A stretch of 64,000 bases of DNA, from the NCBI GenBank assembly GCA_009859145.1, contig VRVR01000021.1:195507-259506 (forward strand), read 5' to 3'. The notes beneath the pieces are model-generated. The model made no database searches. It saw nothing but the letters and a program-made list of their open reading frames with translations, and was not told where the DNA came from. The DNA comes from Andalucia godoyi And28. Lineage: Eukaryota > Protista > Jakobida. Each line of letters begins with the position of its first letter. Position 1 is the stretch's first letter. Of this stretch, positions 52,382-63,563 are shown in pieces. Position numbers and translations under genes: made by a program.

Positions 52382-53027
52382 TCTTTCAGGAAGAAGAAAA
52401 AGGAGAGAGAGAGAAAAGAAAAGAAAGAGTGAACATGTCTGTCAGCGTCAAATAGATAGTAGACTAAAAACCCCCGGGCGATCGTCTGTATGTGTGTGTA
52501 TGTATGTGTGTGTGTGTGTGTGCATGTGTTAGTGTTTTTTTTTTTTTTTTTTTGTATGCTTGTGTCTGTGTAGGAGGAGTAAAGGAAGCAAGAAAAATGA
52601 TGTGCAGAACGACGAAAATGCACCACAACGCTCTCTGGTACGCAAGACACGACTGACACGCAGTCTTTCGAGTCGACGAAGTTCGATGGAAACGCTTGGA
52701 GCCTTCTCTACCCTTTTTTGGCCGACTGATTCGTCATCCATTATCCATTATCCATCATCTCTCAAAAGACACCTTTGCTCCTCGTCTCACACGCACTCTC
52801 TCTTTCTCTCTCTCAACTATTTGTTTTTCGCTTCCTTTCCTTGTTTGTAGTTTTCAAATTATAGTGTGTTTCGGGTTTTTAATTAATGGATTGCACGATA
52901 TATTGTACCATAGGAATTTTCTCTCTCCGTTCTATTTGAGTTTAGTTATTGTAATTTTTTCCCCCCGTAATTTTTATTTGATTGTGCGTCTTTTTCTTTT
53001 CACTCCCCTTTCACTCCTCTTGTTGAC

Positions 53028-54938
53028 ATGGCTTTGCATGTCCCGTTTGCCAAAGGAAAGAGCAAAGGAGCTGCTGATCATTGCGGTGAACAGCCCACGG
53101 ATTCTGGCTCCAAGTGCGACGACGACACAGAAATTTGTGCAAAGACATCCGAGATGAACCTCGATAATAGCGAAGCAACAATGTATTCAGACGACGATTC
53201 GTTTGACGGGGACGACGAAGAGGGGTATTCATCATCATCAGAAGACGAAGAAATATACGATGTTGATGAAGGCTTTGGTGGAATCCAGTTTGATTCCGAC
53301 TCGAGTGTCGATCACGACGACGAGAATGATGATGCTGTTTTGCAGAACGAGGTCTCGGAAATAGACAGGGTTGTGCACGCGATTTTGGATTTGGTCTCGG
53401 AGTCCGATGACTCCAATGGTCGACCTTCGTCTGTTTCTTCTCTTCGAAACTCTTCGGAATATCCGTGTGGTGCTTCGCTTACTTCTACTGCGCCGATTCC
53501 AATCAGGAGCCACGGCAATCTCACGCTGAATGGGAACGGAGCTTATGCGTATTCGTGTTCGTCGACAGACTCGAATTCCGCTCTGTTGGGGCAGTCTCCG
53601 GCAAGCACCGCAGGCTGTTCGTTCGGCCAGTCTCCTCAGCTGCCTGCGCACATCATGCGAGTTCCGAGATCCTCCTCGAAGAAGGCGCAACGAGTGCTCC
53701 AGACACACCAGCAAAAACGACGGAATTCGCATTCCTCGTCCAAAAAGAAGAAAACTAGAATCCGAAATGCAGAATTGCTGGCAAAGGAAGAAAAAGTGAG
53801 CGATGCGGCTGTGCAAGGCGCAATCCAAACAGATCCTTCTCCGGGTACGTTTCACTCAAGTGTTTATGCTAGCCGTACGTTCCTCGTTCCCGGTGTTCCG
53901 CTGGCGCTGCCACATCATCGAGGCGCGCAGCATTCAACGGCCTTGAATGCTGCGAACGCGAGGCCGGATGAAGCGGTGACCCAAGGCGAGCATGAACATT
54001 TCCAGACCCTGGTGCACATCGGACAGCCGGCGCTGTTCCATCATACAATGTCAGCGATCAGTATGTTCCCGGAGTTTCCCAATCCTCCTTTGCATGCGCA
54101 TCAGATGCGACGGACGGCATCTGAAGGCATAGGACAAAATTCGAATCCCGTTTGCTGCGTTGTATGCTATCGGGTTGCTTCCATGGCCCGGTCTTCCGGC
54201 GCGGAACGCGGACTCGGACTCGGACTCGGACACGGACACGCACCTGGGATGACGGGTCTGCGAAGTGACGCGTCTCGTGAAGTGGTGTTTGGGAATTGGC
54301 TGTGCAAGTGCCCCGTTTGTTGGGACTGTGCTCAGCGTCATCTAACGCGTCTTCCTGTGGACAAGGGCATTCTGTACCTTACATGTGCCAAATGCAATAT
54401 GCACTTATCTTTTGAAGATATTCGGAAGCTGTGCACTCGCGAGGAGCAATTGCTGTTCTCTGAAGAACTCATTTCTCGATGGACCTCTCGGGTCCGTCAC
54501 GAGTCTGCTGCCAGAGGATATATGCCGCTTCTAGTGTCAGTTGTTCGCGATTCCCAATGGTCTGTCCAGAAGGGGCTGGAAATTGTCGTGTTTGACGAAG
54601 CTTCGTCTTCGGAAGTGCACAAGTGCGCCTTCTGCTGCGTCGAAGCATGCCAGTGTACTCCCGAGAAGGACGTGCTCTTCTCTTCGTTCCACAGACTATT
54701 TGCGAATCGTGGAGAGCGGCATCGCTTCTTTGCAATGTTCCAGGACAAAGAACACTTGTTTGTTGTTCCGCAGTCTACGAAATCGGAGGACATGACGCAG
54801 CGAGATATTTTACGTGCTCTGACTCGTCTTGGAGTTGCCGCAACGCTCTGTGACAAGTGTCATGTGGTGGTTTCGCGAGACGAAGGATGCTCCCTTTCAT
54901 CATGTCCGAGATGCGGGACAATGGTCCCCATTCACTAA
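53028..54938 (+). CDS. acidic/low-complexity protein with degenerate RBR (RING1-IBR-RING2)-like Cys clusters
   Basis: CCVVC...CKCPVCWDC...CAKC, then CAFCCVEACQC, then CDKCHVVVSRDEGCSLSSCPRCG. Confidence 0.65.
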   Translation: MALHVPFAKGKSKGAADHCGEQPTDSGSKCDDDTEICAKTSEMNLDNSEATMYSDDDSFDGDDEEGYSSSSEDEEIYDVDEGFGGIQFDSDSSVDHDDENDDAVLQNEVSEIDRVVHAILDLVSESDDSNGRPSSVSSLRNSSEYPCGASLTSTAPIPIRSHGNLTLNGNGAYAYSCSSTDSNSALLGQSPASTAGCSFGQSPQLPAHIMRVPRSSSKKAQRVLQTHQQKRRNSHSSSKKKKTRIRNAELLAKEEKVSDAAVQGAIQTDPSPGTFHSSVYASRTFLVPGVPLALPHHRGAQHSTALNAANARPDEAVTQGEHEHFQTLVHIGQPALFHHTMSAISMFPEFPNPPLHAHQMRRTASEGIGQNSNPVCCVVCYRVASMARSSGAERGLGLGLGHGHAPGMTGLRSDASREVVFGNWLCKCPVCWDCAQRHLTRLPVDKGILYLTCAKCNMHLSFEDIRKLCTREEQLLFSEELISRWTSRVRHESAARGYMPLLVSVVRDSQWSVQKGLEIVVFDEASSSEVHKCAFCCVEACQCTPEKDVLFSSFHRLFANRGERHRFFAMFQDKEHLFVVPQSTKSEDMTQRDILRALTRLGVAATLCDKCHVVVSRDEGCSLSSCPRCGTMVPIH

Positions 54939-55417
54939 TTCGAAAGCCGTCATTTTTGCTTTCACGTTCGTGTGCTTCCATAAACGACTCTGTATCATTC
55001 GTTCGTTCATTGTTGTCCAGTATTTGTTGTTGTTGTTGTTGTTCTTCTTTTTTCTTTCCCGAATCTCGATCCTTTCAACCCCCCCTTTCCCCCCCCTCCC
55101 CTCTGTCGCCTTCCTCTTCACCCGTCGTTTTTGCACGAGCAGGCATGCAATGATCGGACGCATATGTCAAAGTTTCCATGACAGGCGGGGAATTCTTTTG
55201 TTTCCATCCGAATGTTTCCGCCAATGTTCGCGACCCGACACTCGACTGGCAACCTGCATCACTATGTAGCTTTTCTTTTCGCTATATCATCATTGTTGAT
55301 TTTCTTTTCTTTTCTTTCCTGTTTTATTTTATTTTATTTTATTTTTTCTTCTTTTCATGCTGAATTGGAGCAGCAAGATATAGGACAGAAAAAGGAGAAG
55401 TCGTTGGTGAGAAGAAA

Positions 55418-56929
55418 ATGGCGATGATGTTATCTTCATCTTCATCTTCATCTTCATTGTCTTCTGCGACAGTGTCCTCGACTGCTTTGGAGACACATCC
55501 GTCAGTCTCGCCGGTCGTGCGTTCGATTCCGCATTCTCGAACCGTTTCATTTACAAGCTCCACTTCTGAAGGCATGATTGCATCCAACCTCGCTTCTTCT
55601 TCTTCTTCTTCTTCCGCCGCTGCTTCTTCCGCTTCTTCTGCATTTCCGAAGAATGAAACGCATGTGTTAATCGATGCTTCGTCAGTGCGCCGACGTGTGG
55701 CGAATGAGCCAGCTGCGTCCTCGGGTGGAGGTGGAGGTGGAGGTGCTGATGCTCATGTTGACGCAGATCTTGGCGACTTTTCCTTGTATTTGAAATCAGA
55801 AGAAGAGCTCAAGTCAACTCAGAAGAACCTCCGGCAGTTCTATGCACTTCAGAATGAATACATTGCGACGATTCGACAGTGGCGAGCATCCAAGAAGTTC
55901 AGAGGGAGCACGGGTTCTCCGACTTCTGAACACGTTCCCATTCACGACCTCTCTTCTTCGGAAGAGACGGGTGAAGAAGCAGGGAATCCGTCTAGCAATG
56001 ACCAGAAAATAACAGAGAATGCGAAACTTCGACGAACGGCGCAGCGTGCTCTAGTCATTTCGTTCTGGGCGAATGTTCTGCTCCTGATAATCCGTGTTGC
56101 GGCTGTGATCTTTACACCTTCGCTGTTGATGATTACTGCGGTGGTAGACGGTTCGTTGGATCTGTTGTCAGGTGCCGTGCTGTTTGTGACTTCGAAGATC
56201 ATGAGTTCCAAGCACCAAGATGTCCACAACTATCCTGTAGGGGTCTCGCGGATGGAGCCTTTGGGAATTTTGATGTTTGCATGCGTCATGTTCACCGCTT
56301 CCATTCAGATCGTGCAAGAAGGTGTGATCCGTCTTGTGACGGAATCCACTCCGGCTCCGACCGATCTGATCTCCCTCTTTCTCATCTTGTCGAACATCGT
56401 TGTCAAGATCTTTCTGTACCTCTACTGTAGACGAGTGGCCAACCGAACAGAATCGGGATCCGTGGATGCCACTGCGGACGACCACAGAAATGACATTTTT
56501 ACGTCTTCTGCCATTTGCGTCGGCATTGTCACTACACAATACGTTTGGTGGCTGGATGCTGTCGGGGCGATTCTGCTCGCTCTCTACATCATGTTCAACT
56601 GGGTTATGGTATCGCTGGAGAACCTGAAGACTCTTTCTGGCTCCTCTGCAGATCCTGATACCCTCAGGTTCCTCACATATGTGGCCGCAAACCACGACTC
56701 CAGAATTATGCAAGTGGACACTGTTCGGGCATACCGGCAAGGGCCGAGGTACTGGGTGGAATGCGACATTGTGCTTCCGCCCGATATGCACTTGGTAGAA
56801 GCACATGATATTGGGGAGTCGCTGCAGCATGCTTTGGAATCCGTCAAAGATGTCGAGCGCGCTTTCGTGCATCTGGATTACGAGACTGATCATAATCCGA
56901 TGAACGAGCATCAGCGACCTCTTTTGTAA
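55418..56929 (+). CDS. cation diffusion facilitator, Mn-CDF/MTP8-11 type
   Basis: DGSLDLLSG, YPVGVSRMEPLG, ADDHRNDI, WWLDAVGAILLALY, DTVRAY, ECDIVLP, EAHDIGESLQ, VERAFVHLDYE. Confidence 0.93.
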   Translation: MAMMLSSSSSSSSLSSATVSSTALETHPSVSPVVRSIPHSRTVSFTSSTSEGMIASNLASSSSSSSAAASSASSAFPKNETHVLIDASSVRRRVANEPAASSGGGGGGGADAHVDADLGDFSLYLKSEEELKSTQKNLRQFYALQNEYIATIRQWRASKKFRGSTGSPTSEHVPIHDLSSSEETGEEAGNPSSNDQKITENAKLRRTAQRALVISFWANVLLLIIRVAAVIFTPSLLMITAVVDGSLDLLSGAVLFVTSKIMSSKHQDVHNYPVGVSRMEPLGILMFACVMFTASIQIVQEGVIRLVTESTPAPTDLISLFLILSNIVVKIFLYLYCRRVANRTESGSVDATADDHRNDIFTSSAICVGIVTTQYVWWLDAVGAILLALYIMFNWVMVSLENLKTLSGSSADPDTLRFLTYVAANHDSRIMQVDTVRAYRQGPRYWVECDIVLPPDMHLVEAHDIGESLQHALESVKDVERAFVHLDYETDHNPMNEHQRPLL

Positions 56930-57449
56930 TGTCCCCATCGTCCATCTTCTTCTTCCTCACCGTTATCACCGTGATCACCATCAGCTCATCTCACCATTTC
57001 TTGAACGTATGTCCTAACACCACGGCGTCAAACATGATCTCTATTTGTCGGACAGCATCGCAGTGATCACGAAAATGCGCGGCGACTGCCTATGCGCGAG
57101 GCCCCCTTTTACTGTTTTCAAAACTGCATGTAAAACCGTGCCCCCTCACAAGATAGTGCAAAGACCATACTCTCTCCATGTTTTCATCACTATATAGGCA
57201 CACATTCCTCTGCAAGCTGAACTCGCTGGCGAACGACGGCCGTCCGCAAAGATTGAAAAATCCTGAAGAGAATCATTGAGTGCAGCGGTCGTAGGTCGCT
57301 TTAACGGCAGGCGCGTAAAATCGAGATTTCATTTTGATGCTTATTATGAAAAATCGTCTATGTATTTTCCAATCTTTTCTTGGTTTCATTTTTTCTTGTT
57401 TTTCAGCTCGGTTTTGTATTTCCTCAAATTGGACATTCAGTGTGTATAC

Positions 57450-57486
<37 letters not shown>

Positions 57487-57512
57487 TCAGTGTTTGTCGA
57501 AGAGTACTTTAC

Positions 57513-59339
57513 ATGGCTGTTACATCTCCTCCTAGTGGGGAACTCCAAGAGCTGTATCGACTTTGTACTGTGATTTCAAGCGAGTTACCAAGCGCAGAAG
57601 AGCTCCAGGCACGAAACTACCCTCAATTATGTGAATTTGCATCTGCTATTCATGATGTTCACCATATTGTGTCTGCCGATCATGTCTTGTCGGGTTCAGA
57701 TTCCGACGCGACTGTGCCGATTTTGACACCGGAGCCGTTTGAAATGCTCAATCAAGCCGCAAGCTGGAACCGAATGCTGCATCCCGAGCACCCAGACCAC
57801 GCAAAGCCAGTTCTTCCTGCAATCTACGTGGCTCCGTCTCCTGTGTGGGCACTGTTCATCTGGGCTGCCGCCCCACCTGGAGCGATTCGAGAACTCCGCA
57901 TTCGATGGTCACTGCTTCCAGAAGCGCCTGTTCTGTACTTTTTGCTTGCTGAGCCGTCTTCTAAAGTTACGTACATCGATGGATCTGGGTCCGGTGCAAC
58001 TCCCGCAGAGTTTGCTCAGCTTTCCGATGCACTCTGCTCAGGAAGCTCCGAATTGCAAAGCAGTGTCCAGTCCATTGTTCTGCACCACTGCGTCTGTGAA
58101 ACGGAAGGCATGGCACACCTTAGCAAGGCGCTGTCGAGTCTCGGCCAGCTTGTCCATCTTGATTTGACTGGATGCAGAATCGGAGATCGCGGAACAATTC
58201 TTCTCGCTGAAGTACTTGCTCAGCAGAATTGCAGAATTTCGTATGTGGGTCTGTCTGAGAATGCGATATCGGGGGACGGTGCAGAAGCTCTCGCCCAAGC
58301 GATGCGAAGAGGGAGCCGAAGCGTCCGTGTGCTAGACCTTTCGAGAAACACTATTGGCGGCAGCGGATCCAGGAAGTTCGTTAGTGCCCTGCAGCAGAAT
58401 GTGTCATCCGAGACGTGCGTGTTGCTGGAAGAACTTGACTTGTCGTGGAACTCAATCAAGGACTCAGGAGCCACAGATGTTGCAGAGCTTGTGGGATCCC
58501 TTTCGCAGACCGCGCCACGCTTGCATACGATTCGAATCCGCGGAAACATGATCAAGGAGGAGGGATCCATCGCACTCGCAAGCGGTCTGAAAACTCTCCC
58601 AGCAGCCTCCAGCGCACGATCCCCGCTGTCTCGATTGGACCTCAGCGGCAACCAGGTTCGTGACGCCGGATTTGCAGCGTTGTGCACCGCTCTCCAGCAC
58701 TCTGCGTGCTCGTTGGACGTGCTTTCTCTCTCCCTTTGTGGAATATCATCGAAAATGATCAGTCCTCTTGTAGAGGCACTGGCATCCCGATCCGCCGAAG
58801 GCAAGAGCTCATTTCGCCTGCGAGAATTGGACCTTTCGTCGAACACCCTCGGGATGAATTTGGAACGTTCCGAGCCGGAGCGGGCACGGTTTTCTGCGTT
58901 CTGCACGGTCCTGTCCTCCCAACCGACGCTGCAGATTCTCGATCTCTCCGAAAACCGGATCTCTGCCCAGTCCGCCGCCTTCCTCGCGCCGGCATTGCGG
59001 ACCAATCGCTCACTGTCCACGCTACGACTGAAGAGAAATCGCATTGAAACTGCTGGCTTGCGTTCATTGATTCCTGCGCTTGTCGAGAATCTTTCTGCCC
59101 CGTCGTCCGTCCTTTCACTTATTGATCTTGGAGAAAACGAGATTGGAGCAGAGGCCATCCATGCACTGGTGGATGTTCTGAAACCACTGGATTCCAATGA
59201 CAATGCAAGCACACGCTCGGGCGTCAGCGTGCTGGTTCAGAGGAATGCAATCCCAAAGGATTGGAAGCCTCACGGAGCATGGCACCGCATCCGAGTTTCT
59301 GCCGATGAACCGAAAGCGATGAAGCCGATTGTTTCGTGA
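57513..59339 (+). CDS. RNI-like leucine-rich repeat protein
   Basis: Repeated LxxLxLxxNxI(G)DxGAxxLA units (LDLSRNTIGG, LDLSWNSIKD, LDLSGNQVRD, LDLSENRIS, IDLGENEIG). Confidence 0.9.
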   Translation: MAVTSPPSGELQELYRLCTVISSELPSAEELQARNYPQLCEFASAIHDVHHIVSADHVLSGSDSDATVPILTPEPFEMLNQAASWNRMLHPEHPDHAKPVLPAIYVAPSPVWALFIWAAAPPGAIRELRIRWSLLPEAPVLYFLLAEPSSKVTYIDGSGSGATPAEFAQLSDALCSGSSELQSSVQSIVLHHCVCETEGMAHLSKALSSLGQLVHLDLTGCRIGDRGTILLAEVLAQQNCRISYVGLSENAISGDGAEALAQAMRRGSRSVRVLDLSRNTIGGSGSRKFVSALQQNVSSETCVLLEELDLSWNSIKDSGATDVAELVGSLSQTAPRLHTIRIRGNMIKEEGSIALASGLKTLPAASSARSPLSRLDLSGNQVRDAGFAALCTALQHSACSLDVLSLSLCGISSKMISPLVEALASRSAEGKSSFRLRELDLSSNTLGMNLERSEPERARFSAFCTVLSSQPTLQILDLSENRISAQSAAFLAPALRTNRSLSTLRLKRNRIETAGLRSLIPALVENLSAPSSVLSLIDLGENEIGAEAIHALVDVLKPLDSNDNASTRSGVSVLVQRNAIPKDWKPHGAWHRIRVSADEPKAMKPIVS

Positions 59340-59508
59340 CGCGAGGAGCATGCGGTGAGAGTGCGAAGCCCAGGGGGAGAAAAATGTGTGAATTCAAGAC
59401 GCTGCAATCCTTATATTATTACTTCCCGGCTGTACTTTTATGACTAACACACGCGGAATCGAATAAATTACACACAAATCACTCACACGCTTAGTCTGCT
59501 GATGTGTG

Positions 59509-59949
59509 TTACTTGTCCGAAACACCGCCCTCGCGAAGATTGATGCCGTACTCCAAGTACGCCTTCAGGGAGCAGAGCATATGCATCCACCCCTTTGTCT
59601 GTCCATACGACTGCTCCAAGTTTGCTGGGGCGTCGTCCCACCCAGTTTCGATGACCTCGACAAACGTGTTTCCCTCGTTGAGTGCACGGAACGTCATGGC
59701 AAACTTGTTATTAGTGCCACTTGCAGGCCACTCTATCACAATGCGTTCGTTTGGAACAACTTCGATTACCACCACTTTGAAAGTAACGCCGAACTCCGCA
59801 AACGACCACGTGAGCTCTGCGCCAGGTTCGATGCGACCGCTTGCAGTACTCACAAAGTACGACGACAGCTTCTGCGGGTCCGCCACCGCTTCAAACACCT
59901 CTGTTGCAGGTTTCCGAACCTTGATCCCGGCTTTTGCATAGTAAGTCAT
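59509..59949 (-). CDS. SRPBCC/Aha1-like (START-fold) ligand-binding protein, bacterial-like (146 aa)
   Basis: IKVRKPATEVFEAVADPQKLSSYF..ASGRIEPG..LTWSFAEF, TFVEVIETGW, GWMHMLCSLKAYLEYGINLR. The true ATG is placed at 59949. Confidence 0.85.
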   Translation of the reverse strand: MTYYAKAGIKVRKPATEVFEAVADPQKLSSYFVSTASGRIEPGAELTWSFAEFGVTFKVVVIEVVPNERIVIEWPASGTNNKFAMTFRALNEGNTFVEVIETGWDDAPANLEQSYGQTKGWMHMLCSLKAYLEYGINLREGGVSDK

Positions 59950-60072
59950 CCACTCTAATATGCTGCTGCCCTCGCAAATCAACACGCAACAAAAACGATT
60001 TCCCACACTTGCTCGCGAGTCGCCCCCCACATCCCCCCGCACTTTTTGTGTTCCCAGCTGTCCCGGCGCCCC

Positions 60073-60107
60073 GACTCCCGACTCCTGACTCCCGACTCTC
60101 GACTCCC
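60073..60107. repeat. five imperfect GACTCCC 7-mers in the SRPBCC/CLP1 divergent spacer
   Basis: GACTCCC GACTCCT GACTCCC GACTCTC GACTCCC. Confidence 0.85.
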
Positions 60108-60418
60108 GGAGTGCTCTTACAACCTCACCCAATTCTGCTTTTGCGGGACAAACGGCAGTCGTAAAAATTAAGAAAACCTCTCTCTCACACGCGCAACCAT
60201 CCTCCAACACGATCGTACATGCGTTGTGTGTCCTCAAGCGCAAAGCTGCAAAGTGCAAGTGAGGATTATTTGGATCGCATCTCGTTCGCCATTCTTCAAA
60301 ATGCTTCATCTTTTGTTTTCTTTCATTCCGCTCATACGTATCAAAGAAGGAAGAGGAAGGGAAAAGGAAGGGTGCTCGGAAAAAAAACAACGCCCCCCCA
60401 CTGCAGCGCACATAGTCA

Positions 60419-61869
60419 ATGAATCGTGCGTCTTCGACATCCAAGCCTGGTGCTTCAGTGCACTCGATCGCGGCGCGATGCGAACTGCGCTTGGAGGTTT
60501 CTAGTCCGGTTGCGATCATGCTGAAGTCTGGCGAGGCCGAAGTGTTTGGGGCGGCGCTCACTGCAAGCCAGCCTGTTTTGTACAATCAACACGCTAAACT
60601 TTCTGTGTTTTCGTGGAATGGGGCACAAATTGAAATCATCGGGGAGCCATCAGACTATGAGCTCTATCAGGCCTCCGAGACGCCAATTCCTCAGCACTTG
60701 CAACTCTGGGACGAGCTCATCCAACACCCCTCCACGTATGCCTTTATGGTTATTATTATTGATTTATTGATTTATCTATCTGTTGATTGGTGTTGTTGTC
60801 GTTACAATTTTCTTACAGTTTGCAATGTCCCGAGTTGTCTAGATTGTCCAAGAAGCGGATCTTGATATGTGGACCTGTGGACTCGGGCAAGTCTTCGCTG
60901 GCCCGGATGTTTGCGTCGTGGACTTGCCGAAGCGGTCGACCGTGCATCGTCAGTGACTTGGATCCGTCGCTTCCACTTACCGGGCCTCCAGTGTGTTTAT
61001 CTGCGGTCCACACTGCGGTGCCCATTGATACCGAGTACGACGCGGACCTCTTGGCTCCGCTGTCTGTGTTTTATGGGAATCCGTCGCCGGCTGACAATGT
61101 ATCTGTGTACCAGTCGTGCGTTGCGGCGTTGTTTCGGCATTTGGATGAGAAGCCGCCGGCGAACACTAGTCCTTGGATTGTGTCTGCTGCCGGGTGGGTC
61201 GATGACGTGGGCATCACGGTGCTGCGCGACGTTGCTGTGTCGATGAGTGCAGATATTGTGCTGGTGCTTGGTGACGACCGTTTGGCTTCGAGAATGAAGA
61301 AGGATCTTGAGCAGCACAAAATCCAGGTTCGAAAAATTGCGAAATCAGGGGGTGTCGTTCAGCGAAGTGTGCAGTCCCGCTCTGCTGCGCGATCTCTCAT
61401 GTTCAAGAGGTACTTTCAAGGTCTGCCGATTCAGATCGGGTCGGCCACGTACCTGAAATCAGGATTTGGTTTGCATCCAAATTCACTGGTTCTGTCGTTT
61501 GACGAGATTCGTATTGTGGCCGTAGGGGGCGGTCCTCGAGCCCCCGAGTCGTGCTTGCCAATCGGCGAGTCCCAGTCGCTGGATCCATTTCGAATACGGA
61601 ACATTCAGCCAAGCGAGGTCAGAGACTCCGTCCTGGGTGTTGTCGGCGGACCCATAGCGGCTGCTTTTCTGGAGTCGAGAGAAAAGCCTGCTGGATCAGT
61701 CCCGAAGGATAATCCGCTGCAGAATGCGTTTTGGAACATGCCGATTGCAGGGCTTGTGTTTGTCCAATCTGTCGATGTTGAAAAGAAACTCATCACCATT
61801 CTTGCGCCAAACTCATTTCCTCTTCCTTCCAAAGTTTTTCTTAGCGGCTCTGTAAAGTGGATTGAATAG
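60419..61869 (+). CDS. CLP1: polynucleotide 5'-kinase / 3'-processing factor CLP1, 2 exons (60419-60735, 60819-61869)
   Basis: ELRLEV..MLKSGEAEVFG, SVFSWNGAQIEI, YQASETP; 83-nt GTATGC...TACAG phase-2 intron; P-loop GPVDSGKSSL, DLDP, AGW, KSGGVV, GLVFVQSVDVEKK.ITILAP. Confidence 0.92.
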
Positions 61870-61871
61870 TT

Positions 61872-61873
<2 letters not shown>

Positions 61874-61945
<72 letters not shown>

Positions 61946-61958
61946 GTAACAATAGTAA
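61874..61958. repeat. (TAA)n microsatellite with TAG/CAA variants
   Basis: Direct inspection; immediately 3' of CLP1. Confidence 0.95.
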
Positions 61959-62561
61959 CAATAGTAATACAAAAAAGCACCGGGACTACTAGCAAGCGCG
62001 GACTGGCACACCTGAATTCTCCGTTGCCCGCCGCTGGCCAGAAAACATGAATCACGACTGGTCATCGGGCAGGATCATCGAAATCAACATATCCCTCAAT
62101 CGATTCAACATTCAAAAATGAACGTTGGAGGAAACAGAATGTAATCGGCGAACGACATCGCGCCTGACGACGCTTTTACCTTTGCTCCTTCTTGTTCTCT
62201 GACTTGAAAGCGCATTCCGAACGCGCAATCGATCACATCTTCGTGATTTAAAATATCTTGCTCAGCAAGAACAGAAGATAGTAGAAAGAAAAGAAAAGTG
62301 GACTTGACTGCGGTAAGGAAATCGTACTGTTTGACGTTCAATGTTGACACAGAAAGCTGTCAGCTGTACGACACCATCCATCCAGTCGACTGTCTAAATG
62401 TAAATAATGCAAAGATATGTTCCGTCTTATCACGTGACGCGCGACCCAAACGAAGGTATGGTTGTCTTTTTGTGTGTGTTGGTTTGAACAGTCTCGTGTC
62501 AAGCAGCATATTTGCATCGTCATCTTCCAAATGCCTGCATACAGGTAAGAAGCTTGCAGTT

Positions 62562-63551
62562 ATGGAAACCGAGTCTCTTTTGCAACAACAGTCCTCTTCA
62601 CCTGCTCCTGGGTCGCCGCCGCAGCGTCGTGCAATGTCCGGGCGGTCGCAAGAGAGTGGGCCAGTGCGGATTCCACGGGCACTTGGTGCTTCACAGCTGG
62701 ACTCGCTCATTCTGCAAGCGGATGTTGAGAGCATGCTTCGGATGCAGTGGAAACGCATATTTGCGCTTGCAAGCCCCGTCTTTCGAGATGATTTCCAAGC
62801 AGATCTCGAGGCTCTCTTTTCTCTGTTTTTGTTTCGGTATACATTGTGGACTAACTACCAGACGTATTCAGACAAGCTGCTCGATATTTCGTACCGCATT
62901 GCAAACAAGGAAAAGATGACGCTTGCGAATCCGTCTCGACTCCGTCTTTTATGCTATGCCGTTGTAACAGTCGGAATTCCGTATTGCTATCAGAAGTTCG
63001 TTTCACTGCAGTTCACGAATGCAAAGATCATTGAGCGCGCCCATCTTCTTCTGGAGATTCTGAACCGATATCTGTTTTTGTGGACTGGCGAGTTCCGTAC
63101 CGTTGCCGACCGTGTCTGCCAAATGCGACTCTTGCCTGTACGCACTGCAACCCCGCGCATCCCTTACTACGACTTCCTGCATCGCCAGCTTGTCTGGAAA
63201 ACATTTTCCGAGTTTGCGTTGTTTGTCTATCCGCTAATTAAGTCCCGCATCTGCAGAGTACGAACCATGCTGCTGCGAACCGTGTTTCGGACGCTTCGAT
63301 CGCCGAAACATGACCGTGGCCAACGACTGTCTTCACAGGATACCCTGGCGCCCACCACTGGTGCGTCGACCATTCCGCGACAGTGCCATGCGTGTGAAGC
63401 AAGTCCCACAAAGTTTCCGTGTGCAGCTTCTTGTGGCCACGTCTTTTGCTACATGTGCATTGCAGGCTCTGTCGAGGCAAATCCGGACGCTGCGTGCCCT
63501 GTGTGCTATGCGCAGTGCTCGCCTATTCGCCTGTTGTTTCCCGCTCCTTGA
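62562..63551 (+). CDS. PEX2: peroxisomal RING peroxin PEX2
   Basis: ASQLDSLIL, FLFRYTLW, YSDKLL, FLWTGEFRTVADRV, YDFLHRQLVWKTFSEFALFVYPLI, C-terminal CHAC..CGHVFCYMCI..CPVC. Start at METESL is tentative. Confidence 0.88.
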   Translation: METESLLQQQSSSPAPGSPPQRRAMSGRSQESGPVRIPRALGASQLDSLILQADVESMLRMQWKRIFALASPVFRDDFQADLEALFSLFLFRYTLWTNYQTYSDKLLDISYRIANKEKMTLANPSRLRLLCYAVVTVGIPYCYQKFVSLQFTNAKIIERAHLLLEILNRYLFLWTGEFRTVADRVCQMRLLPVRTATPRIPYYDFLHRQLVWKTFSEFALFVYPLIKSRICRVRTMLLRTVFRTLRSPKHDRGQRLSSQDTLAPTTGASTIPRQCHACEASPTKFPCAASCGHVFCYMCIAGSVEANPDAACPVCYAQCSPIRLLFPAP

Positions 63552-63563
63552 CGCCGCCCCCGT

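Noticed and set aside
52560-52850. 96-aa ORF upstream of the RBR-like gene
   Set aside because: It has a TTG start, low complexity and no splice link to the downstream gene that I could support.
58220-59212. 330-aa antisense ORF over the LRR gene
   Set aside because: Shadow ORF with no recognisable domain.
59950-60585. 212-aa N-terminal extension of the SRPBCC ORF
   Set aside because: It runs through the intergenic spacer and antisense to CLP1 exon 1. Homology-like sequence starts only at ATG 59949.
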